Below, in pieces: positions 39,700 to 50,206 of a stretch of 64,000 bases of DNA. Every line of letters starts with the position of its first letter. The first letter of the stretch is position 1. The notes below the pieces were generated by a model. It saw nothing but the letters and a program-made list of their open reading frames with translations. It did no database searches and had not been told where the DNA came from. Source of the stretch: Spirochaetales bacterium (GTDB lineage: Bacteria; Spirochaetota; Spirochaetia; Treponematales; UBA12059); NCBI GenBank assembly GCA_016928955.1, contig JAFGJV010000004.1, forward strand, positions 186,001 through 250,000. The letters run 5' to 3'. The translations under genes were made by a program, and so were the position numbers.

Positions 39700-40263
39700 T
39701 CAGACTCCGGTCGACTCTGCGCGGCGGTACAGCCGAACGCGCGAGCGTCCGTACTCCCGGATATCAACGCTTGCAAGGTCGCCTGAAAGCTCAGGGAGCG
39801 TGTCTTCCGCTGGGTAGTGTATGAGGAGGAGGCCGCCCGGTTCGACAAGACCCCTGGACGACACGGACTCGACCAACGCGGTCTTGTGGGCGTAGGGGAA
39901 GGGCGGATCGCAGAAAACAACGGAGAAGCGCTCGTCACAACGCAGAATAAAGCGTTCAACCGGCATGCACCTGCAGTGTATCCGTTGGTCGCTTGCAATG
40001 GACACGTTGCGTATCAGTACCGGCAGCTTGGCCCGATCGCGCTCCACGCATCTGATCGGCCGGGCGCCCCGGCTGGCCGCCTCCAGGGCCATGATGCCCG
40101 AGCCTGAGAAGAGATCCAAAAACGAGCGGCCCGACAAGTCGCCAAGCACAGAAAAGATGGATTCCCTCATGCGATCCATGGCCGGGCGTATGTCATAGGG
40201 GCCGGTTGGCACCTCTACCACGCGACCCCGGTACATCCCGCCGGTAATGCGGAGGCCGCCCAT
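39700..40263 (-). CDS. rsmD: 16S rRNA (guanine(966)-N2)-methyltransferase
   Basis: LRITGG, IRPAMDRMRESIF, LDLFSGSG, DPPF, YGRS. Confidence 0.92.
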   Translation of the reverse strand: MGGLRITGGMYRGRVVEVPTGPYDIRPAMDRMRESIFSVLGDLSGRSFLDLFSGSGIMALEAASRGARPIRCVERDRAKLPVLIRNVSIASDQRIHCRCMPVERFILRCDERFSVVFCDPPFPYAHKTALVESVSSRGLVEPGGLLLIHYPAEDTLPELSGDLASVDIREYGRSRVRLYRRAESTGV

Positions 40264-40791
40264 CTAGCTGTTACGCTCCCTGAACTCCCTGGCCAGGTCG
40301 CGCTTGACCTCCCGGTCGCGGATGGCGTCGCGCTTGTCGGCCATTTTCTTGCCCTTGCACAGGCCAAGCTCCACCTTGACCCTGCCTTTGGTGAAATGAA
40401 AATCCAGGGGAATAAGCGTGTATCCCTTTTCCTCTACCCGGCGTTTGAGCCGCTTGAGCTCATGGGCGTGGGCCAGCAGTTTCCGCGGACGGTGGGGGTC
40501 GTGGTTGAACATGGAGGAAAAGCTGTATTCGGATATATTCACGTTATAGAGCCAGAGCTCGCCGTCCTTGAAGGCCGCGTAGCCGTCAGGGAAGGACACC
40601 TTGCCCAGGCGCAGGGACTTCACCTCGGAGCCCTCGAGCACGATACCGCACTCAATGGTCTCGTCCACGCTATAGTCAAAGCGGGCGCGGCGGTTCTGCG
40701 CTATGATCTTTCTGCCTTCCACCTTCACTCCGATGCGGGCCTTGCTTTCGCTCGGGACGGCCATGGCGGCCATCACGCCCGCTTGCGCCAC
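40264..40791 (-). CDS. smpB: SsrA-binding protein (true start may be GTG 40722)
   Basis: NRRARFDY, GIVLEGSEVKSLR, RKLLAH, GKKMADKR. Confidence 0.97.
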   Translation of the reverse strand: MAQAGVMAAMAVPSESKARIGVKVEGRKIIAQNRRARFDYSVDETIECGIVLEGSEVKSLRLGKVSFPDGYAAFKDGELWLYNVNISEYSFSSMFNHDPHRPRKLLAHAHELKRLKRRVEEKGYTLIPLDFHFTKGRVKVELGLCKGKKMADKRDAIRDREVKRDLAREFRERNS

Positions 40792-40799
40792 GCCGCGCG

Positions 40800-40829
40800 A
40801 TTATAGAAGCGCGGTCCGCGGCTTGTCAA
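40800..40829 (-). promoter_or_regulatory. Consensus sigma70 promoter of smpB-rsmD
   Basis: TTGACA-N18-TATAAT. Confidence 0.75.
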
Positions 40830-40961
40830 CGCGACCGAAAGATGCTAGCCTTCCGACGCGATGTTTGTACAACTGGGCAACGCCGGCCGCGGGAACGCGG
40901 CATTCGCCACGGCAAGGGCTCCGGCCTCTGGCCGCGAGCGCGGATGTATGGGACTCCTTTC

Positions 40962-41684
40962 ATGGCTATAAAGCGCGTCGAGTCTTTCCAGCTGGCCCGC
41001 TACCGGCGGCAGCGGGTCATGCGGGTTGTCAGGGCTATACTGATCGCTTTCGTGGTGTTCGAACTCGCGGATACCTACGTGGTGAGCTCGGTAAGCACCC
41101 TGTCCGCGTCCATGGAACCCACCATACGGAAGGGCGAGCGGCTGGTGGTCCTGCCAGGCGCCTACGGCCTCCTTAAGCCCTTCTCTGGATCCAGGCTGGC
41201 CGTCGGCGAGCCCCGTCGTGGGGACATCGTGCTGGTGCGCCCGCCCTCGGCGTTGGACAAATCGTGGCCGTCGCGCTTCCTGTCCAATGTCCTGGACTTT
41301 TTCACGCTCAGGCGCTTTGGCCGTAGCGCGGTGGACGAGGCCGTGATCAAACGCGTCGTGGCCCTACCCGGAGACAGCGTGCGCATGGACGGATTTGTCA
41401 TCCACGTCAGGGCCAAAGGCGAGGCGCATTTCCTGACCGAGCACGAGGTTTCCGGCAGGGCGTATGACGTGCGCACGCAGGGCCTGCCCGACGGCTGGGA
41501 TCCATCCCTGCCGCTGTCCGGCTCCTTCCCAGAATTCACCCTTGCCGACGGGCAGTTCTTTGTCATTGGCGACAACCGCCTGAGCTACGCCGATTCGCGA
41601 TTCTTCGGGCTCGTATCGGCAGACGACATACAGGGCAAGGTGGTGCTCCGGTATTGGCCGCTCGGCAGGCCGGAACTCAGGTGA
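40962..41684 (+). CDS. lepB: Signal peptidase I
   Basis: SMEPTI, IKRVVALPGD, GDNR..SYADSRFFG. Confidence 0.93.
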   Translation: MAIKRVESFQLARYRRQRVMRVVRAILIAFVVFELADTYVVSSVSTLSASMEPTIRKGERLVVLPGAYGLLKPFSGSRLAVGEPRRGDIVLVRPPSALDKSWPSRFLSNVLDFFTLRRFGRSAVDEAVIKRVVALPGDSVRMDGFVIHVRAKGEAHFLTEHEVSGRAYDVRTQGLPDGWDPSLPLSGSFPEFTLADGQFFVIGDNRLSYADSRFFGLVSADDIQGKVVLRYWPLGRPELR

Positions 41685-42856
41685 GCCCAAGGAAAATCAC
41701 TGCGGGCTCTTCGCCCTCGCTGTACATCCACGTTCCTTTCTGCCGTTCGATATGCTCGTACTGCGACTTTCACCGCTCGATTGGGTCCAGGCAGGCAATG
41801 GACGCATGGCTGGCCGCGGTCAAAAGGCATGTGGCCTGGCTCAAAGAGCATTTCAAGGTGAGTTCCTGGAACACGGTATACGTGGGCGGCGGCACCCCGT
41901 CGGCCCTGCCGAACGATATGTTGGCGGAACTTTTGGCCTTGCCGGGCGTCCGGAACACGGGCGTCGAGTTTACCCTTGAGGCCAACCCGGATGACATTGA
42001 CGACGCGTTTCTGGAAACCGCCACGCGGGCGGGGGTCACGCGCATCAGCGTAGGCGTCCAGAGCCTTGAGGACGATGCTCGAACGGCGGTGGCCCGGCGT
42101 GGCTCGTCGGACGACATCAAGACGGCCCTTGAGCGCCTGTCCCGATCCTGGAACGGCGAGCTGTCCGCGGATATGATTTACGGCCTGCCGCGCCAGACCG
42201 AATCCGGTCTGGCCGCCGATATAGCGTATCTGGCCGGCCTGGGTTTTGACCACCTGTCAGTGTACGAACTCACCCTGGCAGAGGGCACCAGCCTGGCTGA
42301 TGCCGTCCGCGATGGCACGGCCAAGGTGGCCGGCTCCGACGATCGAGCGCGCCTGTGGGACGCGGCCGTCCGCCCGCTGAGGGACCGTGGCTACGAGCGC
42401 TACGAAGTGTCCAACTGGGCGGTGCCCGGCCGGGAATGCAGGCACAACCAGATGTACTGGTCCATGGGCGACTGGCTCGCGGCCGGTCCTTCTGCTTCGG
42501 GGAACCTGTACAACGGTGATGGCACCTTCCTGCGGATGGACAACACATGGAACGACGCGGCATACGCGGCTGATCCCGTGGCCAGCTGCTCGGAGAGCGT
42601 GGTATCCGGCAAAGACGCGTGGATAGAAACGCTGATGATGGCCATGCGCACCAAGAAAGGCCTGGACTCGGATACCTTTGTCGGGCGCTTCGGCCGGCCA
42701 CCGGAAGATGTTTTCGGGCCGGCCCTGACCGAACGCCCCGACGTGTTCCAGAAGGATAGCCACGGCTGGAAACCGACCGAACGCGGCATGGACGTGCTCA
42801 ATTCAGCGCTGGTGGCGTGCATGATGGAAGCGGACCGGAGAGAGGGATCAACATGA
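41681..42856 (+). CDS. hemW: Radical SAM heme chaperone HemW (HemN-like)
   Basis: YIHVPFCRSICSYCDF, GGGTPS, YEVSN, HNQMYW. Confidence 0.88.
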   Translation: MSPRKITAGSSPSLYIHVPFCRSICSYCDFHRSIGSRQAMDAWLAAVKRHVAWLKEHFKVSSWNTVYVGGGTPSALPNDMLAELLALPGVRNTGVEFTLEANPDDIDDAFLETATRAGVTRISVGVQSLEDDARTAVARRGSSDDIKTALERLSRSWNGELSADMIYGLPRQTESGLAADIAYLAGLGFDHLSVYELTLAEGTSLADAVRDGTAKVAGSDDRARLWDAAVRPLRDRGYERYEVSNWAVPGRECRHNQMYWSMGDWLAAGPSASGNLYNGDGTFLRMDNTWNDAAYAADPVASCSESVVSGKDAWIETLMMAMRTKKGLDSDTFVGRFGRPPEDVFGPALTERPDVFQKDSHGWKPTERGMDVLNSALVACMMEADRREGST

Positions 42857-43710
42857 CCGTGCTGTCCATTCAGTCGCATGTGGTGCGCGGCAGGGTAGGC
42901 AACCGCTCCGCCGTATTTCCCCTCGAGCGCATGGGCATAGACGTGTGGCCGTTGAACACCGTCCAGTTTTCCAGCCATACCGGCACCCCCGGCTGGAAGG
43001 GAGCGAGCTTTGGCGCGGACCACGTGGCCGATATCGTAGGAGCCTTGGACGGGCTGGGTGCCCTGGGTTCGTGCGACGCTGTGCTATCAGGCTACGTGGG
43101 CGACGCTGACACGGGCAGGTCCATACTGGGCGCCGTACGGGCAGTCAAGCGTGACAACCCGTCGGCCCTCTATTGCTGCGACCCCGTCATGGGCGACAAG
43201 CCCGCCGGCTTCTACGTCAGGCCAGACGTGCCGGGTTTCATGGCACGGGAAGCCTGCCCGGCGGCGGACATAGTGATTCCGAATCTCTTTGAGTCGGAAG
43301 TGCTTGCGGGTTCCGTGGTCAACAACCTTGCCGACGCGGAACGGGTGACTGCGGCCATACATGAGCTGGGGCCCAGGGTGGTGATCATCACCAGCTTCAG
43401 CCCTCCGGGCGAGGAGCGCACGGGCTTCTACCTGAGCGACTCGGGCAAGCCGTGGACCCTGATGACGCCGCGCCTTCCGTTTGCAAGCCCCCCAAAAGGA
43501 TCCGGCGACCTGTTTTCCGCCTTGTTCCTGGGGAATTACCTCAAGAACAGGGACGCTCCCTCGGCCCTGGGGAAAGCGGCGTCCAGCCTGTTCGCCATTT
43601 TGGAAGCCAGCCAGGGCTCGGGCTGCCTGGCCGTGGTTCAGGCCCAGGAGTCTATAGAAAAGCCGCCCCGTTTGTTCGAGGCGGCCATGGCATACAAGGC
43701 GCGTCGATAG
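42853..43710 (+). CDS. pdxY: Pyridoxal kinase
   Basis: LSIQSHVVRGRVGN, TVQFSSHTG, CDPVMGD, GSGDLF. Confidence 0.93.
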   Translation: MTVLSIQSHVVRGRVGNRSAVFPLERMGIDVWPLNTVQFSSHTGTPGWKGASFGADHVADIVGALDGLGALGSCDAVLSGYVGDADTGRSILGAVRAVKRDNPSALYCCDPVMGDKPAGFYVRPDVPGFMAREACPAADIVIPNLFESEVLAGSVVNNLADAERVTAAIHELGPRVVIITSFSPPGEERTGFYLSDSGKPWTLMTPRLPFASPPKGSGDLFSALFLGNYLKNRDAPSALGKAASSLFAILEASQGSGCLAVVQAQESIEKPPRLFEAAMAYKARR

Positions 43711-43722
43711 CGCCCGAACGTC

Positions 43723-44259
43723 CTACTTTTTCTTCTTGGTGGGTATGACGGGAACAAAACTGGACGGATTGGGCAGGGTGAAATCCTTGGGCAGCTCGGA
43801 GGGACCGGCCAGCAGCCAGGTTTGGTTCCGGCCGAGAAGGCCCCCGGTACCCCGGAGCGAACCCCGCACGATCAGCTTGTTGCCGTCTCGCTTGATGGTG
43901 CAGTCGTACACCTTGCCGTCCTTGGGATCGATGATGGAACCCTTCCAGTCCTTGCCCTTCAGCTGCATGCCGTATACAAAATCCAGGCCGCACATGGGGG
44001 GATCGCCGGCAAGCTCGTCAGCAACGTGTTTCTTGGTGGCCAAGGTGTCGTCCACAAGGCCCGTATCCTCGTCAATGGTGGCCACCATGCGTCCGTACAA
44101 TTTGCCGTCGAACATGTACAGGTACACGTAGGCCGTGGGCTTGTTGGTCTTGTCGTCTATGATCTTCCAGACGCCCAGCACGTCAGTCGCCCATGCCGAC
44201 GCTGCCCCCAGGGTCGTAAGGAGCATGACAGCGGCGAGCGTCATCCATGTCTTCCTCAT
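43723..44259 (-). CDS. DUF2147 family exported protein
   Basis: Signal peptide; GVWKIIDD, WKGSIIDPKDGKVYDC, GRNQTW. Confidence 0.85.
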   Translation of the reverse strand: MRKTWMTLAAVMLLTTLGAASAWATDVLGVWKIIDDKTNKPTAYVYLYMFDGKLYGRMVATIDEDTGLVDDTLATKKHVADELAGDPPMCGLDFVYGMQLKGKDWKGSIIDPKDGKVYDCTIKRDGNKLIVRGSLRGTGGLLGRNQTWLLAGPSELPKDFTLPNPSSFVPVIPTKKKK

Positions 44260-44393
44260 AGCTTCTCCTTGTTGCGTGTGTCGGCGTCCGGCCGCGGCCC
44301 GACGCCTCAAGGCACAAGTATACGCTCTTTCCCCCGCTTGTAAATGACGCTCGCACGGACCGCCCGAGCGGAAGGCGGAAGCCCCTCGGGCCG

Positions 44394-44999
44394 TCACACG
44401 AAGAATTCGTAGCGGGCGCGCAGGGCCTCGGCCTTTGACTGCCTGAGGCCAAGGTTGAACTGCCGCTCGGCCGCCACGCTGGACGGAGGGCCGTGACCTG
44501 GCAGGATAAGGCAGTCGTCGCTCTGCGAAAGGATTTTCTGTTCCAGCTGGTCCCGGAGGAGCCCATGGCTGTACTGGCTCATGGTCGACCCTATGGTGCC
44601 CGCAAAGATAGCGTCGCCCGAGAAGAGTATTTTGCCGACACGGAACACCACGGAGTCAGCGCTGTGCCCGGGCACCGATATGGCCTCCACGTCCAACCCA
44701 GAGGCCGTAAAGCGGTCACCGTCGTGCACGAGCCTGCATGGCACTCCGTCTATCTCGGCGTTGTTTGAGTATACTTCCGCGTCGTACACCCGTAGCAGGG
44801 TCTTGAGGCCGGCCACGTGGTGGATATGGTTGTGGGTGATGAGGGCGGCCGTGACCGAATATCCCTTGCCCTCGATAAAGGACAAAAGCCCGGTGGTAAA
44901 GGCGGCAGGGTCGACCACGAAGGCCTGGCCGTTGTCGTCATTGCCGACCAGGTACACGTTGGCGAAGCCGTACAGCGAGTAGTGAAAAAATACCGTCAT
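44394..44999 (-). CDS. MBL-fold metallo-hydrolase
   Basis: THNHIHH, PGHSADS, FSGD, PGHG. Confidence 0.9.
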   Translation of the reverse strand: MTVFFHYSLYGFANVYLVGNDDNGQAFVVDPAAFTTGLLSFIEGKGYSVTAALITHNHIHHVAGLKTLLRVYDAEVYSNNAEIDGVPCRLVHDGDRFTASGLDVEAISVPGHSADSVVFRVGKILFSGDAIFAGTIGSTMSQYSHGLLRDQLEQKILSQSDDCLILPGHGPPSSVAAERQFNLGLRQSKAEALRARYEFFV

Positions 45000-45595
45000 T
45001 ACTCGGCGTCCTCCATGGAGCGCACGGCTTCCTGCAGGTTGGAGTATTTCCATGACACTTCGTTCTCCACCGTGTCTATGAGCCAAGCGTTTTTCAGGTT
45101 GCAGTCCACAAAATCGGTGGACCGGAAATTGGCCATCATGAAGCGCGAGTTATACAGGTTGGAAAAGCTGAAGGTGCACGACTCGGCTGCCAGCCCGTTG
45201 AAATTGTTGTGTATGAGCTCGGAATTCTCGAAGGATGCGTTGAAGAGCCGCGCGCCGGCAAAGGAGCAGAACTGGGCGTCCACCCCGGAAAAATCGCAGG
45301 AATCGGCCTGGCAGAAGTCGAAAAAACACATTCTGAACAGCGATCCCGCGAACGTGACGTTCTTGAGGGCTGACCTGGCAAACGAGCACGCGTAGAAGCG
45401 CTTGCCCGACAGGTCCGCTCCCTCGAGCATCAGCCCGGACAGGTTCTCGTTCTTGATGGTGTGCGTACCCGCCAGCCGCGTCAGGGTGTCTTCGGCGTAT
45501 GCCTTGGGATCCGGGTGGTGGGACGCGCAGAACTCGCTACCCGAGAGGACGGTAGCCTCGCAGCCCGGCGCAGAACAGCGCTTGAACGAATACAC
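44999..45595 (-). CDS. Pentapeptide repeat protein with N-terminal Cys/His motif
   Basis: GTG start after GAGGGG; CSAPGC...FCASH; (A/S/C)xFxx repeats; TAATG coupling to the MBL gene. Confidence 0.88.
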   Translation of the reverse strand: MYSFKRCSAPGCEATVLSGSEFCASHHPDPKAYAEDTLTRLAGTHTIKNENLSGLMLEGADLSGKRFYACSFARSALKNVTFAGSLFRMCFFDFCQADSCDFSGVDAQFCSFAGARLFNASFENSELIHNNFNGLAAESCTFSFSNLYNSRFMMANFRSTDFVDCNLKNAWLIDTVENEVSWKYSNLQEAVRSMEDAE

Positions 45596-45747
45596 AGCCC
45601 CTCCCCTCGTGTTGGCAAACAGCCTGCCAGAACCGCATCCGGCCTTATCCGCGCAAGGCGGCTCCGCACGACAGCATACTCCGCTTATCGGCCGCCCCGC
45701 AAGCTCCATGCTTGCCAAAGCGCCCTCGGTGAACGTACACTAGCCCC

Positions 45748-46020
45748 ATGTGCCTCTTCTGCGGCTCGCCCCTGCCCAAGGGCAAAATCATGTTCCGCGA
45801 CGTATGCCCGGACTGCGGCAAGGACATACATACCTGCAGGCATTGCCGCTTTTACAAGCCCGGCGTCTACCGCGATTGCGCGGAGACGGTGCCAGAGGAA
45901 GTGAAGGACAAGGACCGCAACAATTTCTGCGAGTACTTTTCGCCAGTGGCCAAGGTGGAAGCCGGCGGCGCAAAACCGGTTGATGACGCCAAAAAGGCCT
46001 TCGACAAGCTGTTTGGCTGA
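45748..46020 (+). CDS. Small Cys-rich (zinc-binding) protein
   Basis: CLFC, CPDC, CRHC, C...NFCEYF; C-terminal AKKAFDKLFG. Confidence 0.85.
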   Translation: MCLFCGSPLPKGKIMFRDVCPDCGKDIHTCRHCRFYKPGVYRDCAETVPEEVKDKDRNNFCEYFSPVAKVEAGGAKPVDDAKKAFDKLFG

Positions 46021-46060
46021 CGGTCCGGATTCGTACGCCACGCTAGACACCGGAAGCACC

Positions 46061-46882
46061 ATGAGCAGAGATACAGGAACACAGCGCCCCGTCGCCTTTT
46101 TCGATTCCGGGGTTGGCGGTTTGCCCTACCTGGAGGTGGCCAAACGGCTCCTTCCCGGAGAGCGCTACATATATTTGGCTGACAGGGCAGGATTCCCTTA
46201 CGGCGCCAAGACCAGGCAGGAAATCGTCGGGCTGTCGCTCAGGGCTCTGGCCGAACTGGCTACCGCCCACCGGCCCAAGGCCGTGGTCGTGGCGTGCAAC
46301 ACGGCGTCGGCCGCGGCTTTGTCCGAGCTCAGGAAAGCCCATGCTAACCTGCCCATCGTGGGTACCGTACCGGCCATCAAGCCGGCAGCCCAGGGCTCGA
46401 GGGCAAAGCGTGTAGGCCTTGTGGCCACGGCGGCCGCCACGCGGGACCCGTACGTGCTAGACCTGGTGGAACGCTGGGCTGGCGACTGCCGGGTGGTGCT
46501 TCGGGGCGACCAGGACCTTGTGCGCTTTGTTGAGGACCAGCTGTTCAAGGCCACCCACGCTGAACGCCTGGCGGCAGTCAGGCCCAGCGTCGATGCCATG
46601 AAAGCGGAAGGGGTGGACGCCATCGTACTCGGTTGCACGCATTTCCTCTATCTTGCCTCCGAGTTCGCCGAGGCATCGGGGCCGGGCGTGCGGATAATCG
46701 ACTCCCGTGACGGAGTCATAGCCCAGCTCAGGCGGGTGCTCGCGGCCGGGCCGGGACTGGCCGACAACAGGCCGGATGGCCCCGACCTCATGTATCTCAC
46801 GGGGCCGGATCCCTTTGGCGACAAATACGCGTCGTTCGCCGCTCGTTTTGGCCTGGAACCGGCCGGCTCGCTGTACGCATGA
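46061..46882 (+). CDS. murI: Glutamate racemase
   Basis: FDSGVGGL, ACNTA, LGCTHF. Confidence 0.97.
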   Translation: MSRDTGTQRPVAFFDSGVGGLPYLEVAKRLLPGERYIYLADRAGFPYGAKTRQEIVGLSLRALAELATAHRPKAVVVACNTASAAALSELRKAHANLPIVGTVPAIKPAAQGSRAKRVGLVATAAATRDPYVLDLVERWAGDCRVVLRGDQDLVRFVEDQLFKATHAERLAAVRPSVDAMKAEGVDAIVLGCTHFLYLASEFAEASGPGVRIIDSRDGVIAQLRRVLAAGPGLADNRPDGPDLMYLTGPDPFGDKYASFAARFGLEPAGSLYA

Positions 46883-47871
46883 TAGGCCTTGTTCTCTCTG
46901 GCGCAAACAACGCGTTTTCCGTGCGGGCGGAGGACGGATCCGTTATCCGCTGCGGTCTCAAAAGCAAGCGGCTCAAGGGCACCGAGGGCTTTTATAATCC
47001 CCTGGCCGCAGGCGACCTGGTGTCCTACGAGCCCGCGTCGGCAGGCAGCGGCACCATCACGTCGCTGGTGCCGCGCCGCTCCCTGTTCTGGCGTTATAAC
47101 GAGAAGGGCAGGGCCGTGCAGGCCATAGCCGCCAACATGGACCTGGTGGTGTGCGTGACCAGCGCCCGCCTCCCGCCGTTCAGGCCTCGTTTTATAGACA
47201 GAGTGTCGCTCGAGCCGGCCAGCGAAGGGTTGCCCTTCTTGATCGTGCTCAACAAGGAAGACCTGGGCGTGGACGATGACGTGGCCGAGCGCTGCGACGA
47301 CTACCTCAGGATAGGCTTCAGCGTCATCAGGACCAGCGTGGAGAGCGGTGGCGGGCTGGACGAGCTGGCATCGGCAATCAGGGGCAAGACCGCTGCCTTT
47401 GTGGGGCAATCCGGGGTGGGCAAGAGCTCCCTATTGAACGCCCTGGAACCGGGGCTCGGCTTCAAGGTCGGCGAGGTATGCGAGAAATACGAGCGGGGTA
47501 GGCACACCACGGTGGCCGCCGTGTTGGTAGAGCTGGCAGACGGCGCCACGAGAGTAATAGACACGCCGGGATTCAGGCGCCTGGCCGTGCGCGGAATGGC
47601 GCCTGAATCCCTGGGGGCCTGCTTTCCTGAAATCAGGACAACGTCCGCCGGCTGCTCGCTTGGTGCCCGCTGCATGCACGTGGATGAACCGGGCTGCGCC
47701 GTCAGCGCCGCCGCAGAGGACGGGAGGATCCACCCCGACCGTTACGAAAGCTATCTGCGTATCCTTTCCGAGCTTGAGGATACGAAAACCTACGCCAGAA
47801 AAGTCGGCCGGCCCAGGCATGTGGCCAGGCGCTATTCTGGCGACGACGATGGAAACGACAACGATGAATGA
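46879..47871 (+). CDS. rsgA: Ribosome small subunit-dependent GTPase A
   Basis: NKED, GQSGVGKSS, GRHTT, DTPG, C..C.H.DEPGC. Confidence 0.96.
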   Translation: MIGLVLSGANNAFSVRAEDGSVIRCGLKSKRLKGTEGFYNPLAAGDLVSYEPASAGSGTITSLVPRRSLFWRYNEKGRAVQAIAANMDLVVCVTSARLPPFRPRFIDRVSLEPASEGLPFLIVLNKEDLGVDDDVAERCDDYLRIGFSVIRTSVESGGGLDELASAIRGKTAAFVGQSGVGKSSLLNALEPGLGFKVGEVCEKYERGRHTTVAAVLVELADGATRVIDTPGFRRLAVRGMAPESLGACFPEIRTTSAGCSLGARCMHVDEPGCAVSAAAEDGRIHPDRYESYLRILSELEDTKTYARKVGRPRHVARRYSGDDDGNDNDE

Positions 47872-50206
47872 CCACGCGCTGAACTTATTGGATTTTCCCC
47901 GCATACGCGATTCGGTTGCCGAATACGCCCTCAGCCCGGAGGGAGCGGCCTCAATTCAAGCAGCCTTGCCGCTCACCGACACGGACGCCGTTGCCGAACT
48001 CAAGGCCCGTGCCGAGAGCGTCCGCTACCTGTTCCGAGAGGGCAAGGGAGTACCCGCCTGCAGCTACGCGCCCATAGAGGACTCTGTGCGCGTCATAGCC
48101 AAGGAAGGCACCTGCCTTGCCATCGAGGAGCTGTGGGCCCTGGGCATGTGGGCCGACGCGTATGAGGCCGAGCGCCGCTGGCTGGGTCAGGCCAGGCACC
48201 CGGCACTGGCGTCGGAGCTCTCAGCCTGTCCTGACCTCGGCGCCGTTTCCCAGGCCGTGTTCCGGATCGTCGGCAGGGACTGCGTCATCCGGGATCTGCC
48301 CGAGCTCAGGGAGATCAGCAGCCGCATCCAGAGAATCAACGCCGATATCCAGAAGACCACAGCCGCCTACTTCCAGGACGAATCGCTGAGGGCCGCCCTC
48401 CAGAGCGACGTGCCGACCCAGCGTGACGGCCGCACGGTACTTGCGGTCCGCTCGGGATCCAAGACCAAGGTCAAGGGCATAGTCCACGAGGTGTCCAGCA
48501 CGGGCCAGACAGTGTTCATAGAACCAGAACTCCTGGTGCAGAAAAACAACGAGCTGGTGGAGGAAGAGGCGCGCTACCAGCGCGAGCTGGCCAGGATACT
48601 CAGGGACGCCACGGCCGCCCTCCACGTCCACCATGACGCGGTCCTTGCCGCTCGCGCGGCGTGCGCGTCCTTTGACGCCCTGTACGCCCGCGCCCGCTAT
48701 TCCCACATGAACGACGGCACCTTTGCCGAGCCCCGGGCGGCCGGCATGGAGCTCATTCGCGCCAGGCACCCCGTGCTCGGGAGCAAAGCCGTGCCCATAG
48801 ACCTTCGCCTGCCCGAGGACGCGCGCGTACTCATCATCACCGGGCCGAACACCGGCGGTAAGACCGTGTCGCTCAAAACGGCGGGCTTGTTCGCGCTGAT
48901 GAACCAGTTCGGCCTTGCGGTGCCGGCGGCACTAGGCACGGCCATGCAGGTCTTTGACGGGGTGTGGGCAGACATAGGCGACGAGCAGAGCATGGACCAG
49001 AGCCTGTCCACGTTCTCGGGTCACATGAGGACCATCGCAGACATCGTGTCAGGCGCCGGCCCCTCAAGCCTGGTGCTGTTGGACGAGCTGGGTTCGGGCA
49101 CCGACCCCGAGGAGGGCTGCGCCATTGCCATGGCCCTTTTGGACCACTTCATAGCCGCCGGCGCCCTGACCCTGGTAACCACCCACCACGGCATCCTGAA
49201 GAATTACGGTTACACCAAGGAAGCCGTCCTGAACGCTAGCGTCGATTTTGACAAGACGACCCTGTCACCCACCTACCGCATCCTCATGGGCGTGCCCGGA
49301 GAGAGCCGTGCCCTGGAAATAGCCGGGCGCAACGGCCTGCCGGACACACTGGTGGAGGGAGCCCGCGCTTACCTCAAGGACGAGCGCACCGACATATCCG
49401 CCATGATACGCGGCCTGTCGGCCAAGCACCGCGAGCTCGAGCAGATGAAGGACGAGGAACGCAGGCGCCTTAGGGACGCCATGGAAGAACAGCGCAAGGC
49501 AGACCTCAAGGAACTGAAGCTCAGGCAGAAGGAAACCGAGCTGCGCGCCCAGGGAGTCGCCGAGCTCAAAAACCTCCTGGCAGAAAGCCGCAAGACCCTG
49601 GAGAACCTGGTGCGGGCCGTGCGAGAAGGCGAGCTCACCAGGGAAAAAACCCAGGAGGTCAAGGACTTTTTGGCCGACCTGGATGTAAAGGTAGCCGACG
49701 CCGACAGGCAGCTCCGCGCCGACGAGCGCAAGCTCAAGACAGGCGCGCGCCCTCCCGAGGAGATCAAGGCCGGGACCTCGGTCCTGGTCCTGCCGGCACG
49801 CAGGCGGGGCAGGGTACTGAGGGCGGCAAAAAAAGGTTCCTGGGTGGTGGAGACCGACGCTCTCAGGCTGACCGTGGACGAGGCGGACCTGGAAGTGACG
49901 CAGGATCTTGCCATGCGCGCCCCCAGCATCAGCGTGGAGGCTGCGTCGAGCAGGTCCAACCGAGCGGTCATAGAACTGGACGTGCGCGGTTTCAGGCTCG
50001 GGGAGGCGATCCAGGCGCTGGAACGCCAGCTGGACGCGGCCGTGCTGGAAGGTCTCCACGGTTTCTCGGTGATACATGGCACGGGAGAGGGCGTGCTCCA
50101 GCAGGGTGTGCGGGAAACCCTGTCGCGCTACCCGGGCGTGGCCGATTTCCATTATGCCCGGCCGGAGGAGGGCGGGCACGGCAAAACGGTGGTCAGCCTG
50201 GGCTGA
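47864..50206 (+). CDS. mutS2: Endonuclease MutS2 with Smr domain
   Basis: TGPNTGGKT, SLSTFSGHM, DELGSGTDP, IHGTGEG. Confidence 0.96.
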   Translation: MNDHALNLLDFPRIRDSVAEYALSPEGAASIQAALPLTDTDAVAELKARAESVRYLFREGKGVPACSYAPIEDSVRVIAKEGTCLAIEELWALGMWADAYEAERRWLGQARHPALASELSACPDLGAVSQAVFRIVGRDCVIRDLPELREISSRIQRINADIQKTTAAYFQDESLRAALQSDVPTQRDGRTVLAVRSGSKTKVKGIVHEVSSTGQTVFIEPELLVQKNNELVEEEARYQRELARILRDATAALHVHHDAVLAARAACASFDALYARARYSHMNDGTFAEPRAAGMELIRARHPVLGSKAVPIDLRLPEDARVLIITGPNTGGKTVSLKTAGLFALMNQFGLAVPAALGTAMQVFDGVWADIGDEQSMDQSLSTFSGHMRTIADIVSGAGPSSLVLLDELGSGTDPEEGCAIAMALLDHFIAAGALTLVTTHHGILKNYGYTKEAVLNASVDFDKTTLSPTYRILMGVPGESRALEIAGRNGLPDTLVEGARAYLKDERTDISAMIRGLSAKHRELEQMKDEERRRLRDAMEEQRKADLKELKLRQKETELRAQGVAELKNLLAESRKTLENLVRAVREGELTREKTQEVKDFLADLDVKVADADRQLRADERKLKTGARPPEEIKAGTSVLVLPARRRGRVLRAAKKGSWVVETDALRLTVDEADLEVTQDLAMRAPSISVEAASSRSNRAVIELDVRGFRLGEAIQALERQLDAAVLEGLHGFSVIHGTGEGVLQQGVRETLSRYPGVADFHYARPEEGGHGKTVVSLG

